From Spirochaetia bacterium (GTDB lineage: Bacteria > Spirochaetota > Spirochaetia > UBA9216), in assembly GCA_963675665.1 (NCBI GenBank), contig OY776510.1, forward strand, positions 3,424,001 to 3,488,000: a DNA stretch of 64,000 bases, given 5' to 3'. Shown here piece by piece: positions 50,613 through 60,831 of this stretch (its first letter is position 1; the number at the start of each line of letters is the position of its first letter). Under the pieces are notes generated by a model. It was given only the letters and a program-made list of their open reading frames with translations, ran no database searches and was not told where the DNA came from. The position numbers and the translations under genes were made by a program.

Positions 50613-50634
50613 GATAACCCCGGTCGGGGTTATC
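50613..50634. terminator. Hairpin ending the ATPase-USP-IIA operon
   Basis: GATAACCCC-GGTC-GGGGTTATC perfect stem. Confidence 0.6.
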
Positions 50635-50647
50635 AGAGATACCCGGT

Positions 50648-51826
50648 TTAAAAATCCTGATTGTTTTTGTCTGAATCTTCCTTATCCGGAGATTTTTTGT
50701 CTCCATGAATGAGATAAACATGCGGAAAGGGAATGGAAATATTATTGTCCCTGAATTTTCTCCAAATCATCCTGTTAATATGATCATGGGCATCGAATTT
50801 ATACTGAAGATCCGTTATCCATGTAAAAAGGCTTAAATCAAGACCCGAGTCGCCGAAACCTTTAAAACGCGCAACCGGCGGAGGATTTTTCAAAGAATAT
50901 GGACAGTCTTTTCCAATTTCTTCAAGAATCTTTAATGCAATCTCGGGATCATCGCCATAAGAAATCTGGACTTTGTTTTTGATTACTATTTCCCTGTTTT
51001 CATAGGAATAGTTATGAACCACGTTTTCAACAAAATTGGAATTGGGAACAATTATATTCTCATTGGTCATGGTAGTAATATTTGTAGAGTTAAGCCTTAT
51101 CTGGGTAACAGTTCCCTCAAATCCGTTTATAGTAATACGGTCGCCTTCCTTAACGGGTCTGCTGAAAATTATTATAAGACCGGCAATAATATTGGAAACA
51201 ATCTTCTGCAAACCAAAACCGAGCCCGATTCCAAGCACTCCGAAAATAAGCGTAAGCGCGGAAAGATCAATACCGATAACAGACAGACCTATTAAAACGA
51301 TGATAATCATCACCCCGTATTGAATGATTGATGTAAAACTGAATTGCTTTGATTTATCAAAACCCATTCTGTCAAGAAGATCTTTGCTGACCATTCTTTT
51401 TATTGTTTTGCCGACCCATGAGCCTATATAGAAAACCGGAATGGTCAGAATGATTGTTATTATTGTTATTCTTGTTTGACCCGATTCAATAATCGGTTGA
51501 TTCAGAACCTCATAAATCATTCCAAGATATTTCATTGTCTCAGCGCCCAGGAGGTTCGCAACAAGAACAATAACAAGAATGTAATAAATAATATTTATTC
51601 CCCGTCTTATCCAGGTGTTTGCAGCTTTTTTATTTTCGTCTTTTGCCTTTGATCTGTTTACAAGTGCCGAAAGGCCTCGTTTGAAGATCTTGAAAACAAA
51701 GAAAATGATGACCACTGGAATAATCAACCTGAGAAGAAGATTCAGCAGATTAAACGGAAGTTCAAGATTTCCGATTGAAATTGTAGATAAAAGTACTGTT
51801 TCTATAAATTCTTTAATGTTTTCCAT
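50648..51826 (-). CDS. MscS family mechanosensitive channel
   Basis: GLGFGLQ..VSN, RPVKEGD, VPNS, FGDSGL, IPFP. Confidence 0.9.
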   Translation of the reverse strand: MENIKEFIETVLLSTISIGNLELPFNLLNLLLRLIIPVVIIFFVFKIFKRGLSALVNRSKAKDENKKAANTWIRRGINIIYYILVIVLVANLLGAETMKYLGMIYEVLNQPIIESGQTRITIITIILTIPVFYIGSWVGKTIKRMVSKDLLDRMGFDKSKQFSFTSIIQYGVMIIIVLIGLSVIGIDLSALTLIFGVLGIGLGFGLQKIVSNIIAGLIIIFSRPVKEGDRITINGFEGTVTQIRLNSTNITTMTNENIIVPNSNFVENVVHNYSYENREIVIKNKVQISYGDDPEIALKILEEIGKDCPYSLKNPPPVARFKGFGDSGLDLSLFTWITDLQYKFDAHDHINRMIWRKFRDNNISIPFPHVYLIHGDKKSPDKEDSDKNNQDF

Positions 51827-51879
51827 ATACCTGTTAGTCCATATAGTAATATTTATATCGATAATTATATAATTTCTTT

Positions 51880-51908
51880 TTGACAATTTCTATTATCCAT
51901 TTTATCAT
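51880..51908 (+). promoter_or_regulatory. Sigma70 promoter of the hydrogenase operon
   Basis: TTGACA-N17-TATCAT. Confidence 0.6.
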
Positions 51909-52016
51909 ATATTATTGTTTTCATCAGTACTACTAGAAATAATTTAGCATCAGTCTTTCTTGAAGATTTTTTGGCTTAGAAAAAGGAACAGCTTAAGCAA
52001 ATAAACTAAGAAGGAG

Positions 52017-52541
52017 ATGTACATGGCAGAAACTGTTCAGAGTCCACACAAAGAATTAACCGAAGAACAAATTATCCGGCAGACAGACATTGTAGTAGGT
52101 GAATTCGAGGGAAAACAGGGAGCACTCATTCCTGTTCTTCAAACCATGCAGGATATTTTCGGATACCTGCCCGAAATTGCTTTAAAAAGAGCGGGCGAAA
52201 AGATGAAAATTCCTTACAGCGAGGTGGCTGGCGTCGTTAGCTTTTACAAATACTTTTCAACAGTTCCCCGCGGGAAATTTCTTATCAGGGTATGTCTCGG
52301 CACATCCTGCTATGTGCGTGGGGGAAAAGAAGTACTTAAAAGTCTGAAAGAAAATCTTGGCATCGATATAGATGAAACAACTGACGACCGGCTCTTTTCG
52401 CTTAAAGTCGGACGATGTTTCGGTGCATGCGGCCTTGCTCCTGTAATTATGATAAATGATGATATCTATCGACGGGTTAAGCCCTCAAAAGTAGGTGAGA
52501 TTCTTCAGAGTTACAGAATTATGGAGGCTGAAAATGGTTAA
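52017..52541 (+). CDS. NuoE-like [2Fe-2S] hydrogenase subunit (HydC/HndA type)
   Basis: LIPVLQ..Q, VCLGTSC, RCFGAC. Confidence 0.92.
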   Translation: MYMAETVQSPHKELTEEQIIRQTDIVVGEFEGKQGALIPVLQTMQDIFGYLPEIALKRAGEKMKIPYSEVAGVVSFYKYFSTVPRGKFLIRVCLGTSCYVRGGKEVLKSLKENLGIDIDETTDDRLFSLKVGRCFGACGLAPVIMINDDIYRRVKPSKVGEILQSYRIMEAENG

Positions 52542-55500
52542 AAGCGTTAAGGATCTCGAAAAGATTAAAGCAGCTAACAAGGAAAAACTTGATTTCAGGC
52601 TTCTTTCAACTACTTCTTCAGAGAATATCAGGGAAGAAATGATCTCAAAAAGCGGCCGCTACGATATAGCCCTGTGTATGGGTACAAGCTGTCAGTCGTC
52701 AAAATCCGTTGAAGTAGCAGCAGCACTTGAGGAAGAGATAAAAAAGAACGGGATGGAAGACAAGGTTACACTTGTAAGAACCGGTTGTAACGGATTCTGT
52801 GCTGTAGGCCCGATAATGGTTATGTATCCAGGTGGCATTCTTTATAACGGAATGTCTGCTGAAGACGTTCCGGAAATTTTTGAACAGCATATACTCAATC
52901 ATCAACTGGTTGAAAGATGCATGTATCACCACCCGGTATCCGGTGCGGTAATTCCGCATTATATGGATTTGCCTTTTTTTGCAAAACAGGAATTGAGAGT
53001 ACTGCGGAACAAGGGCGTTATTGATGCGGATAGTATCGACGAATATATAGGCAGAGACGGCTATTTCGGATTTGCAAAGGCACTTACTGAAATGGACCCT
53101 CAGGAAGTTGTTGATGAAGTAAAAAGTTCAGGCTTGCGCGGACGCGGCGGCGGAGGGTTTCTTACAGGACTGAAATGGTCTTTCTGTAAAAACTCAAAAA
53201 GCGATAAGAAATATATCCTTTGTAATGCAGATGAAGGGGATCCCGGCGCATTCATGGACAGAAGTATTATTGAATCTGATCCGCATTCCGTCATAGAGGG
53301 TATGCTTATCGGTGCATACGCCATTGGAGCAGACGAAGGTTATATATACTGCCGTGCTGAATACCCGCTGGCGCTTAAACGCCTGGAAACTGCAATTACC
53401 AAATGCGAAGAATACGGAATCCTGGGAGATAATATTCTCGGAACGGATTTTTCGTTCAGATTGCATATTTCAAGAGGATCCGGAGCATTTGTTTGCGGTG
53501 AAGAAACAGCTCTTATGAATTCAATCGAGGGCAAACGCGGAGAACCCAGACCAAGACCGCCGTTTCCTGCAGTCAAAGGACTATGGGGAAAACCTTCGGT
53601 ATTAAATAACGTTGAAACTTTTGCAAACGTACCTCTTATACTTCATAACGGGTATGAATGGTACAGAACAACAGGTACGGAAAATTCGCCAGGAACAAAA
53701 ATATTTGCTCTTACCGGAAATGTTGTAAACGTCGGACTGGTGGAAGTGCCTATAGGAACAAGCCTCGGAGACCTGATATATGAAATAGGCGGGGGAATGC
53801 AGGACGGAAAGGCTTATAAATCTGCCCAGATAGGCGGCCCTTCCGGCGGGTGTATACCGAAAAGCCATCTGAGTATATCGCTTGATTTCGAATCGCTTCA
53901 GGAGCTCGGTGCAATAATGGGTTCCGGCGGACTGGTTGTTATGAGCGAAGACACCTGTATGGTCGATGTTGCAAAATTCTTTCTTGAATTCGTTCTTGAA
54001 GAATCATGCGGAAAATGCGTTCCGTGCCGCGTCGGAATAAAGAGGATGCATGAAATTCTTGAACGCATATCCGAAGGTATGGGAGAAGAAGGCGACATAG
54101 AAAGACTTATAAAGCTCGGTACCATAATCAAGCAGACATCGCTTTGCGGTCTCGGTCAGACTGCGCCGAACCCTGTTCTTTCTACAATTCAGCATTTCCG
54201 AAAAGAATATGAAGATCATATCATACACAAACACTGTGAAGCGGGAGTTTGCCCGGGACTGGTTCGTGCGCCCTGTCAGAGCGCTTGTCCGGCCGGCGTT
54301 GATATTCCTGGTTTTATTTCGCTGATAAAAGAAAAACGATATGCAGAGGCTCTTCAGCTGCATCGTGAAAAAAATCCTTTTGCAGCAATATGTGCAAGGG
54401 TATGTTTTCATACATGCGAAGACAAGTGCAGACGAGCCATGCTTGACGACCCTGTTTCTATAAGGGCTTTAAAACGATTTCTTGTTGAACAGGAAATTGT
54501 CGTTCAGTTACCTGAAGTTCTGGAAAATAACAAAAACGCGGTCAAAAAGGTAGCTATTATCGGCGCCGGTCCTGCAGGTCTTTCCTGCGCTTATTTCCTG
54601 GCAAGGCTGGGTTACCAGCCGAAGGTTTTCGAAGCAGAAAGCCGGCCCGGCGGAATGCTTACCCAGGCCATTCCCGCTTACAGGCTTCCCCGTGAGGAAA
54701 TTGCCCGCGAGATAAGAATGGTTGAGCGGATAGGCGTTGATATTAACTGCGACATGAAGCTCGGCAAGGATTTTACCCTGAAGGGTCTCAAAGACGAGGG
54801 ATATGAAGCGGTTTTCCTGGCAACCGGAGCCCCGGTAGGTACGGCTCTCGGTATACCCGGAGAAGATGCCGACGGAGTTGATGATGCGCTGACATTTTTG
54901 AAACAGTATAATATTCGTGGTAATGCAAGGATAAAGAAAAATGTTCTTGTTATAGGAGGCGGAAACGCAGCTATAGACGCTGCCCGAACGGCAATAAGGC
55001 TTGGTGCCGATTCAGTAACAATTGTTTACAGGAGAAAACGGAGCCAGATGCCAGCATACCAGGAAGAAGTTGAAGAAGCGATTGTAGAGGGTGTAAAACT
55101 TCTTGATCTTACCCAGCCTGTAGAGGTTGTAAAAACGGCAGACGGCAAGGTTTCAGGATTGAAATGTCTTCATATGACGCTCGGTGATTTCGACAAACAG
55201 GGACGGAGACGTCCTGTTAAAGAAAGCGAGGACTACTTTGTTGTTAAAGGCGACCAGATAATTGCAGCTATAGGGCAGGGCCTGGACTCAAGTCTGTTCG
55301 AAGGTATTGAAGGACTTGAATATACAAACAAGGGTTTTGTTAAAATCGATGAAAGTACAGGACAAACTTCCGTTAAATGGCTTTATGCAGGAGGTGATAC
55401 ATCATCAGGTCCGTCTTCGGTTGTTAAGGCCATACATGCAGGAGAAGTTGCAGCCGTTGGAATAGATTATGAATTAAGCGGCGAAGATCATGCTTTCTGG

Positions 55501-55719
55501 CGTGAAGAGAAGATGAATGATACAAACTTTGACCCCGACCGTGATCCGGTTCCATACCCGCGGGAGAAAGTGCCGTTGGTTCCAGTTGAAAAACGACGTT
55601 CGAATTTTGACGAAGTAGAGCTTCCATGGACTGAGGCAGTCGCTCTGCGGCAGAGCGAAAGATGTTTAAGATGCGATTACGGTAAACCTGTAATACCCAG
55701 GGAGGTTATAAATGACTGA
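52534..55719 (+). CDS. NuoF/HydB-like FMN-NADH subunit fused to a GltD-like FAD/NADPH module
   Basis: Thioredoxin-like 2Fe-2S; GRGGGGF, NADEGDPGAFMD, CGEETAL, SCGKCVPCR; then PCQSACP, CARVC..CEDKC, IGAGPAG, GGGNAA..YRR, RCLRC. Confidence 0.9.
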   Translation: MVKSVKDLEKIKAANKEKLDFRLLSTTSSENIREEMISKSGRYDIALCMGTSCQSSKSVEVAAALEEEIKKNGMEDKVTLVRTGCNGFCAVGPIMVMYPGGILYNGMSAEDVPEIFEQHILNHQLVERCMYHHPVSGAVIPHYMDLPFFAKQELRVLRNKGVIDADSIDEYIGRDGYFGFAKALTEMDPQEVVDEVKSSGLRGRGGGGFLTGLKWSFCKNSKSDKKYILCNADEGDPGAFMDRSIIESDPHSVIEGMLIGAYAIGADEGYIYCRAEYPLALKRLETAITKCEEYGILGDNILGTDFSFRLHISRGSGAFVCGEETALMNSIEGKRGEPRPRPPFPAVKGLWGKPSVLNNVETFANVPLILHNGYEWYRTTGTENSPGTKIFALTGNVVNVGLVEVPIGTSLGDLIYEIGGGMQDGKAYKSAQIGGPSGGCIPKSHLSISLDFESLQELGAIMGSGGLVVMSEDTCMVDVAKFFLEFVLEESCGKCVPCRVGIKRMHEILERISEGMGEEGDIERLIKLGTIIKQTSLCGLGQTAPNPVLSTIQHFRKEYEDHIIHKHCEAGVCPGLVRAPCQSACPAGVDIPGFISLIKEKRYAEALQLHREKNPFAAICARVCFHTCEDKCRRAMLDDPVSIRALKRFLVEQEIVVQLPEVLENNKNAVKKVAIIGAGPAGLSCAYFLARLGYQPKVFEAESRPGGMLTQAIPAYRLPREEIAREIRMVERIGVDINCDMKLGKDFTLKGLKDEGYEAVFLATGAPVGTALGIPGEDADGVDDALTFLKQYNIRGNARIKKNVLVIGGGNAAIDAARTAIRLGADSVTIVYRRKRSQMPAYQEEVEEAIVEGVKLLDLTQPVEVVKTADGKVSGLKCLHMTLGDFDKQGRRRPVKESEDYFVVKGDQIIAAIGQGLDSSLFEGIEGLEYTNKGFVKIDESTGQTSVKWLYAGGDTSSGPSSVVKAIHAGEVAAVGIDYELSGEDHAFWREEKMNDTNFDPDRDPVPYPREKVPLVPVEKRRSNFDEVELPWTEAVALRQSERCLRCDYGKPVIPREVIND

Positions 55720-57475
55720 TCTTAAAATTAATGGAATTGAAATCTCCGTCGAAGACGGAACTACTATACTTGAAGCAGCAAAAAAGCTTGGAATCGAAAT
55801 ACCTTCTCTCTGTTACCTTGAAGGACATCAGCCTCTGGGCGCATGCCGTGTATGTGTTGTTGAAGTGGAAGGCGCGCGGACGCTTATGCCGTCCTGCGCA
55901 ACCCCTGTAACGCAGGGTATGGTGGTACAAACCAATACAAGAAAAGTCCGTGAGGCAAGACGCCTTGTTGTTGAACTGCTTCTTAGTGAACATGAAGGCA
56001 ACTGCCAGTATTGCGACAGAAGCAGTGATTGTGAACTTGAAGCTATTTCATCAATTCTGGATATATCAAAACCCAGGTATGTCGGAGAAAAACCGGATAC
56101 GCATTTTGACTATTCGACAAAGGCACTTATACGGGATACCGGAAAATGCATAAAATGCCGGCGTTGCGTTACCGCATGTAACGAAATCCAGGGTGTCGGA
56201 GCTATTTTCCCGCAGAATCGGGGTTATGAAACTGTAATCGGTCCTGCATTTACATCTGATTTGGCCGATGTTCAGTGTGTTCAATGCGGACAATGCGCAG
56301 CGGTTTGCCCTGTAGGAGCAATTACAGAACGTTCGAATATAGATGAAGTATGGGATGCAATCGATAACCCGAATAAACATGTTGTAGTACAGACTGCTCC
56401 TGCAATCAGGGCCGCCCTTGGAGAATGTTTTGACTATGAGCCTGGAACACTTGTTACCGGCAAGATGGTTACCGCGCTTCGTTCACTTGGTTTTGATGCA
56501 GTTTTCGACACAAACTTCACTGCAGATCTGACAATTATTGAAGAAGGAACCGAACTGCTTACCAGGTTGAAGAAAGCTCTTGTCGATAAGGAGCCGGTTG
56601 CGCTTCCGATGTTCACCAGCTGTTCACCGGGATGGGTAAACTATGCTGAATACTTTCAGCCCGCTTACCTTGATAATATTTCAACATGCAAGTCTCCACA
56701 GCAGATGTTCGGCGCTGTTGCAAAAACATATTATGCACAGAAGAAGGGCATTGATCCGAAAGACATGGTTGTAGTATCAGTCATGCCGTGTACTGCCAAG
56801 AAATACGAAGCAGCACGAGCAGAAATGACCGACAGCGGTTTTACAGATGTGGATTATGTACTAACTACAAGAGAACTCGGCAAAATGATTAAATCAACGG
56901 GAATAGACTTTACAAGTCTGCCTGACGGTGAGATGGATAATCCGCTTGGAGTTTCATCAGGAGCTGCCGATATATTTGCAAATACGGGCGGTGTAATGGA
57001 AGCCGCTGTACGTACGGTTTACGAACTTGTAACGGGTACCGAACTTCCTTTTGAAAATCTGCATCTCAAACAGGTTGCCGGGCTGGAAGGTTTAAAAGAA
57101 GCAAGTCTGAAGATAGAGAACACTGTTCCCGACTGGAATTTCCTTGAAGGCGCTGAACTTAAAGTTGCGGTTGCACACGGCCTTGGAAATGCAGCTGAAG
57201 TTTTCAGGCGTCTTGAAAAAGAACCTGATCGTTATCATTTTGTAGAAATTATGACCTGTCCCGGCGGCTGCATCGGCGGCGGCGGACAGCCGAGGTTTAC
57301 AGACGATAGCGTCAGACTTAAACGAATTAACGCAATATATGCTGAAGATGAAGGAAAACCGATAAGAAAGTCTCATATGAATCCGATGATTACCCAGATT
57401 TATGAAGAATTTCTTGTGAAACCGCTGGGCGAGAAATCGCATCATCTTCTACATACGCATTATGCAAAAAAATAG
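55712..57475 (+). CDS. hydA: Group A [FeFe]-hydrogenase catalytic subunit
   Basis: H-cluster motifs TSCSPGW, MPCTAKKYE, EIMTCPGGCIGGGGQP; N-terminal 2Fe-2S, His-ligated 4Fe-4S and 2x4Fe-4S. Confidence 0.95.
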   Translation: MTDLKINGIEISVEDGTTILEAAKKLGIEIPSLCYLEGHQPLGACRVCVVEVEGARTLMPSCATPVTQGMVVQTNTRKVREARRLVVELLLSEHEGNCQYCDRSSDCELEAISSILDISKPRYVGEKPDTHFDYSTKALIRDTGKCIKCRRCVTACNEIQGVGAIFPQNRGYETVIGPAFTSDLADVQCVQCGQCAAVCPVGAITERSNIDEVWDAIDNPNKHVVVQTAPAIRAALGECFDYEPGTLVTGKMVTALRSLGFDAVFDTNFTADLTIIEEGTELLTRLKKALVDKEPVALPMFTSCSPGWVNYAEYFQPAYLDNISTCKSPQQMFGAVAKTYYAQKKGIDPKDMVVVSVMPCTAKKYEAARAEMTDSGFTDVDYVLTTRELGKMIKSTGIDFTSLPDGEMDNPLGVSSGAADIFANTGGVMEAAVRTVYELVTGTELPFENLHLKQVAGLEGLKEASLKIENTVPDWNFLEGAELKVAVAHGLGNAAEVFRRLEKEPDRYHFVEIMTCPGGCIGGGGQPRFTDDSVRLKRINAIYAEDEGKPIRKSHMNPMITQIYEEFLVKPLGEKSHHLLHTHYAKK

Positions 57476-57543
57476 TGTATTAGAGAGGATAAATATAGTA
57501 TAATGTGTATGATTGATAAATTAATAATAATCAGGAGGGCATT

Positions 57544-57978
57544 ATGAACCTGGGTGAATTGATTAAGAAAAAAGGCACGGAAGTTATTACGGTAAAATCA
57601 AAGAACACTATTGAAACAGCTCTTCATACAATGAATGAAAAGCACATAGGCGCACTGATGGTTGTTGATGATTCCGGTGAAATAGAAGGAATTATCAGTG
57701 AACGTGATTTTCTGATGGTCTGTCATAAATGCGGTGATGTAAAGTATGTAAAAGAGATTATGACACCGAAAGACAAGCTGATTACATTAACGCCAAAAGA
57801 TTCTCTTCAGAAAGCAATGAAGATCTTTACTGAAAAAAAGATCAGACACCTTCCTGTCACAGACAACGGCAAACTTAGCGGGATAATATCAATTGGTGAT
57901 ACTGTTAAAGCAATGCTTGATGCGCTGGAACAGGAAAACAAGTACCTTAACGAGTACATTATGGGACAGGATATTTAA
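57544..57978 (+). CDS. CBS-pair protein
   Basis: IGALMVV..GIISERD, IRHLPV..GIISIGD. Confidence 0.9.
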   Translation: MNLGELIKKKGTEVITVKSKNTIETALHTMNEKHIGALMVVDDSGEIEGIISERDFLMVCHKCGDVKYVKEIMTPKDKLITLTPKDSLQKAMKIFTEKKIRHLPVTDNGKLSGIISIGDTVKAMLDALEQENKYLNEYIMGQDI

Positions 57979-58002
57979 GTTAAGTTATTTAATAAGAAAG
58001 AC

Positions 58003-58034
58003 GGCTGCCCGTAAAAAATACGGGTAGCCTTTTT
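58003..58034 (+). terminator. Intrinsic terminator
   Basis: GGCTGCCCGTA-loop-TACGGGTAGCC followed by TTTTT. Confidence 0.8.
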
Positions 58035-58057
58035 AGTTAAAAGTATTTAAAACCAAA

Positions 58058-60013
58058 TCAATCAACCTGCATAAGAAAATCAAAATCATCATCTTCTGAA
58101 TCCCTTGCGAACAGGAGAAGCTCATCGTCATTTAAGGATGCAAATCTTCCGAAAGTTGTTGATTTGTCACTGTTTATGTCACGACTATGATTTGAATAAG
58201 TTGTCTGATAGAAGGCAAGTAATTTTTCCCTGTGAATGCCCATTTCAATCATTTTTGCAGCTGCTTTTCTGATAAGTTTTAATTTATTCTTCAAATCTTC
58301 TTCCGAATCAATACTCCATACGCCGAGCGCAACAGGTTTATCATCATTATTAAGATCTCCGGAAAATTCCCCTCGTAAAAGCTGGTCGCGCGGTTTGCCC
58401 AGGTATTGAACGAAATCAAGATGTTCTGCAAGTTTTCTGTCCGAGGCAATAAACTCGCCTGTTTCAGGGTCGATCGTAAAAATCATAACATTTTCAATCG
58501 CCTGCCCGTAGCTTTTCAGTCTGGCTCCGGTGAAAGTATTTTTTTTGCCGATGATTTTAACAAGATAATTTTTCCTATCTTTTATTTCCCTCGCTATTTC
58601 GAAAAGCCACTCTTTGAGTATTTTTCGCTCGCTTTTCAGATTATATATAAAATCTTTAAGCTTTCGGTTTCCGTTTACACCCTCGAAATATCCGAGTATT
58701 GTTCGGTAAATTGTTCTCATATTATTTGAGTTACTGAACATTAAAATAAGATCGAACATGAAAATTTCCATCTTTCTCAGCTGCCAGATATAAGTAATAA
58801 TTTGTGTGCGATCAAGCTCTTTACTGAAATCGAATTTCTCCCAAAGATCTTTAAATTCGTTGAAACGCCTGTTCATCTTTGTAAAACGCTGATCAATTTC
58901 AATATACGACTGGTGAAAACGTATTTTCCAGCTTGTACCGTATCGGCTGCTTGAAACAATTATGTTCTCGGCGCCGAAGGTGGAATAAATCTGAAGGGTA
59001 CCAAAACCTTCTCCCGCATTCCGGTGCTTTGTGGTTCTGCCGACAAACATCGGAAAACCTTCATTATCTTTTATAAGAAGCTCTTCAGGAATTCCGATTC
59101 CGTTATCGCGTATTGAAAGAATAATTTCATCGGAACGTTCTGCAAGAGAAATTTTTATAAATCCTTTTATTCCTTTTTCTTCAATTGCATCAAGAGCATT
59201 CGAAACAATATTGATAATTGCCCTTCCGATGTTTTCATGGTAACCAAGAACAGCCGAATTCTTTGTGTTTAGTTTTATCTGTAAACAACATTTTATTGGC
59301 GAAGCCTGAATAAAAGGTACAATTCGTTCAAGTATTAAATCTCGAAGATTTACTTCATGCATTATTTTACGTGAATCACGAAAATAATTAAGCATATTTA
59401 TAAGGGTGGTAGTCTCCCTGTTTATATCTTCAACAATCTTGTCGCAGTTTTCAGCAGAAAGTGAATCTACCATATGTGAGAGCAAACGAATCAGTTTTCG
59501 CGCATCATGCCTCGTTTTTCCAATTTCTACAGATTCCGGAAGTTTTTTAAATTCTGCTGTTCGGGCTTTTATAAGAAGTTCTTTTTCTGCTTTAACAAGG
59601 TAATAAACAAGATTTCGGTATACAAGCGACTCGCCCAGAGTAAAACCCTGCATTTTAAAAAACTCAAGAGTGTCCGCCTGTTTTTCCCAGATATAAAGAT
59701 ATATCTCGGCTTCTGACGGTATGGCATCTGCAAGATGGTTTATAAATGACTGTCCGATACCGCGTCCTCTACCGAAAGGGCTTACAACAATTTTGTAGAT
59801 ATGAAAGTTTTCCTGCTTTTCATCTGCATATACAAGCATATACCCGAGGATTTCACGTTCTTCAATCCATACGCAACTATAATCGTAGTTTTTCTCTATG
59901 GCCGAATCCCTGACATAGGGTGATGGAATAATGAAAGTATCGAGATTCAGTAAAGGATTTTTTCTGATTCTTGATTCGATTAATGGTGTCAGCTTAAAAA
60001 TGTTATTATTCAT
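58058..60013 (-). CDS. GNAT domain-histidine kinase-like ATPase fusion with unknown C-terminal domain
   Basis: VSPFGRGRGIG acetyl-CoA motif A; RHDARK H-box-like; NIVSNALDA, IRDNGIGI, GEGFG boxes. Confidence 0.75.
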   Translation of the reverse strand: MNNNIFKLTPLIESRIRKNPLLNLDTFIIPSPYVRDSAIEKNYDYSCVWIEEREILGYMLVYADEKQENFHIYKIVVSPFGRGRGIGQSFINHLADAIPSEAEIYLYIWEKQADTLEFFKMQGFTLGESLVYRNLVYYLVKAEKELLIKARTAEFKKLPESVEIGKTRHDARKLIRLLSHMVDSLSAENCDKIVEDINRETTTLINMLNYFRDSRKIMHEVNLRDLILERIVPFIQASPIKCCLQIKLNTKNSAVLGYHENIGRAIINIVSNALDAIEEKGIKGFIKISLAERSDEIILSIRDNGIGIPEELLIKDNEGFPMFVGRTTKHRNAGEGFGTLQIYSTFGAENIIVSSSRYGTSWKIRFHQSYIEIDQRFTKMNRRFNEFKDLWEKFDFSKELDRTQIITYIWQLRKMEIFMFDLILMFSNSNNMRTIYRTILGYFEGVNGNRKLKDFIYNLKSERKILKEWLFEIAREIKDRKNYLVKIIGKKNTFTGARLKSYGQAIENVMIFTIDPETGEFIASDRKLAEHLDFVQYLGKPRDQLLRGEFSGDLNNDDKPVALGVWSIDSEEDLKNKLKLIRKAAAKMIEMGIHREKLLAFYQTTYSNHSRDINSDKSTTFGRFASLNDDELLLFARDSEDDDFDFLMQVD

Positions 60014-60022
60014 TTTAATCGA

Positions 60023-60316
60023 TTATGTGTAAAATAGCGGTTCAAACATTCTTCCGAAGCGCTTTTTGGCCATCCATGGTTCTACAGTTTCTCTCCATTT
60101 CAGGTAATGATCTGTTTCCTTGTGTGCTACAACCGATACTTCATCACGGTAAACTTCATAAAGGAAAAACAAACCTTCGGTTTCTGATGAGCGACAAAGA
60201 TCAAACCTGATATTGCCGGTTTCCCTGATTGTATTAAGATGATTATCTTCCGTTGCTTTAATAAAATCATCTTCATGTCCCTGTTTTACATAGACTTCTA
60301 CACAATAAGCTATCAT
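60023..60316 (-). CDS. ABM-family (LsrG/quinol monooxygenase-like) protein
   Basis: ETGNIRFD, FFLYEVY, AHKETDHY..WR. Confidence 0.85.
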   Translation of the reverse strand: MIAYCVEVYVKQGHEDDFIKATEDNHLNTIRETGNIRFDLCRSSETEGLFFLYEVYRDEVSVVAHKETDHYLKWRETVEPWMAKKRFGRMFEPLFYT

Positions 60317-60405
60317 TGCTATCCTCCGCTTATTATTATCCTATCATATTTTTTCGTGATATTTCAAAGGAATGATAAAAAAACATAAAACATGAAATAT
60401 TGAGC

Positions 60406-60763
60406 TGGAGGTGGGGGGAATCGAACCCCCGTCCTGACGGGCCCAACACAGGCGTCTACAAGCTTAGTTTTTTCTTGGTTTTTCGGAATCAGAACGGCGA
60501 AAAAACCTGCCAACTGACTCTATATTCTGAAAAAATGTCCCTGGTACTGCTCAGACTCAGCATCAGGTAAAGCACTGGTTTCTTTCAGGAGCAGCCGGTC
60601 TTCAGTGCAGCATACCGACGTCCCGCGCTGCATAATTAAGCAGCTAAAGCGTAATCAGCTTCGAAATTATCTTCGGCAATTACATTTAGGTCCAGTTTAA
60701 AGAGTTAGGGCTCTGCCTGCAGCCTGTACCGAAACATCCGCCAGTCGAAACCAGTGCACCCCC
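60406..60763 (-). ncRNA. ssrA: tmRNA; tag reading frame AEDNFEADYALAA*
   Basis: 5' GGGGGTGCACTGGTTTCGAC; 3' T-arm GGTTCGATTCC and CACCTCCA with G3:U; tag ORF 60677-60636; CCA not encoded; smpB nearby. Confidence 0.95.
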
Positions 60764-60831
60764 GGTAAGGTGTGTTCAAAAAGAATATACAAACATTTCC
60801 ATTGAATTGCAATATGTTATATAATATTGTT

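Noticed and set aside
55700-55730. Selenocysteine read-through of TGA stops in the hydrogenase region
   Set aside because: The TGA overlaps the next gene start as normal coupling and does not fall at a Cys motif position
58058-60420. Genomic island integrated at the tmRNA 3' end
   Set aside because: No integrase, no duplicated tmRNA 3' end seen, and no obvious compositional shift
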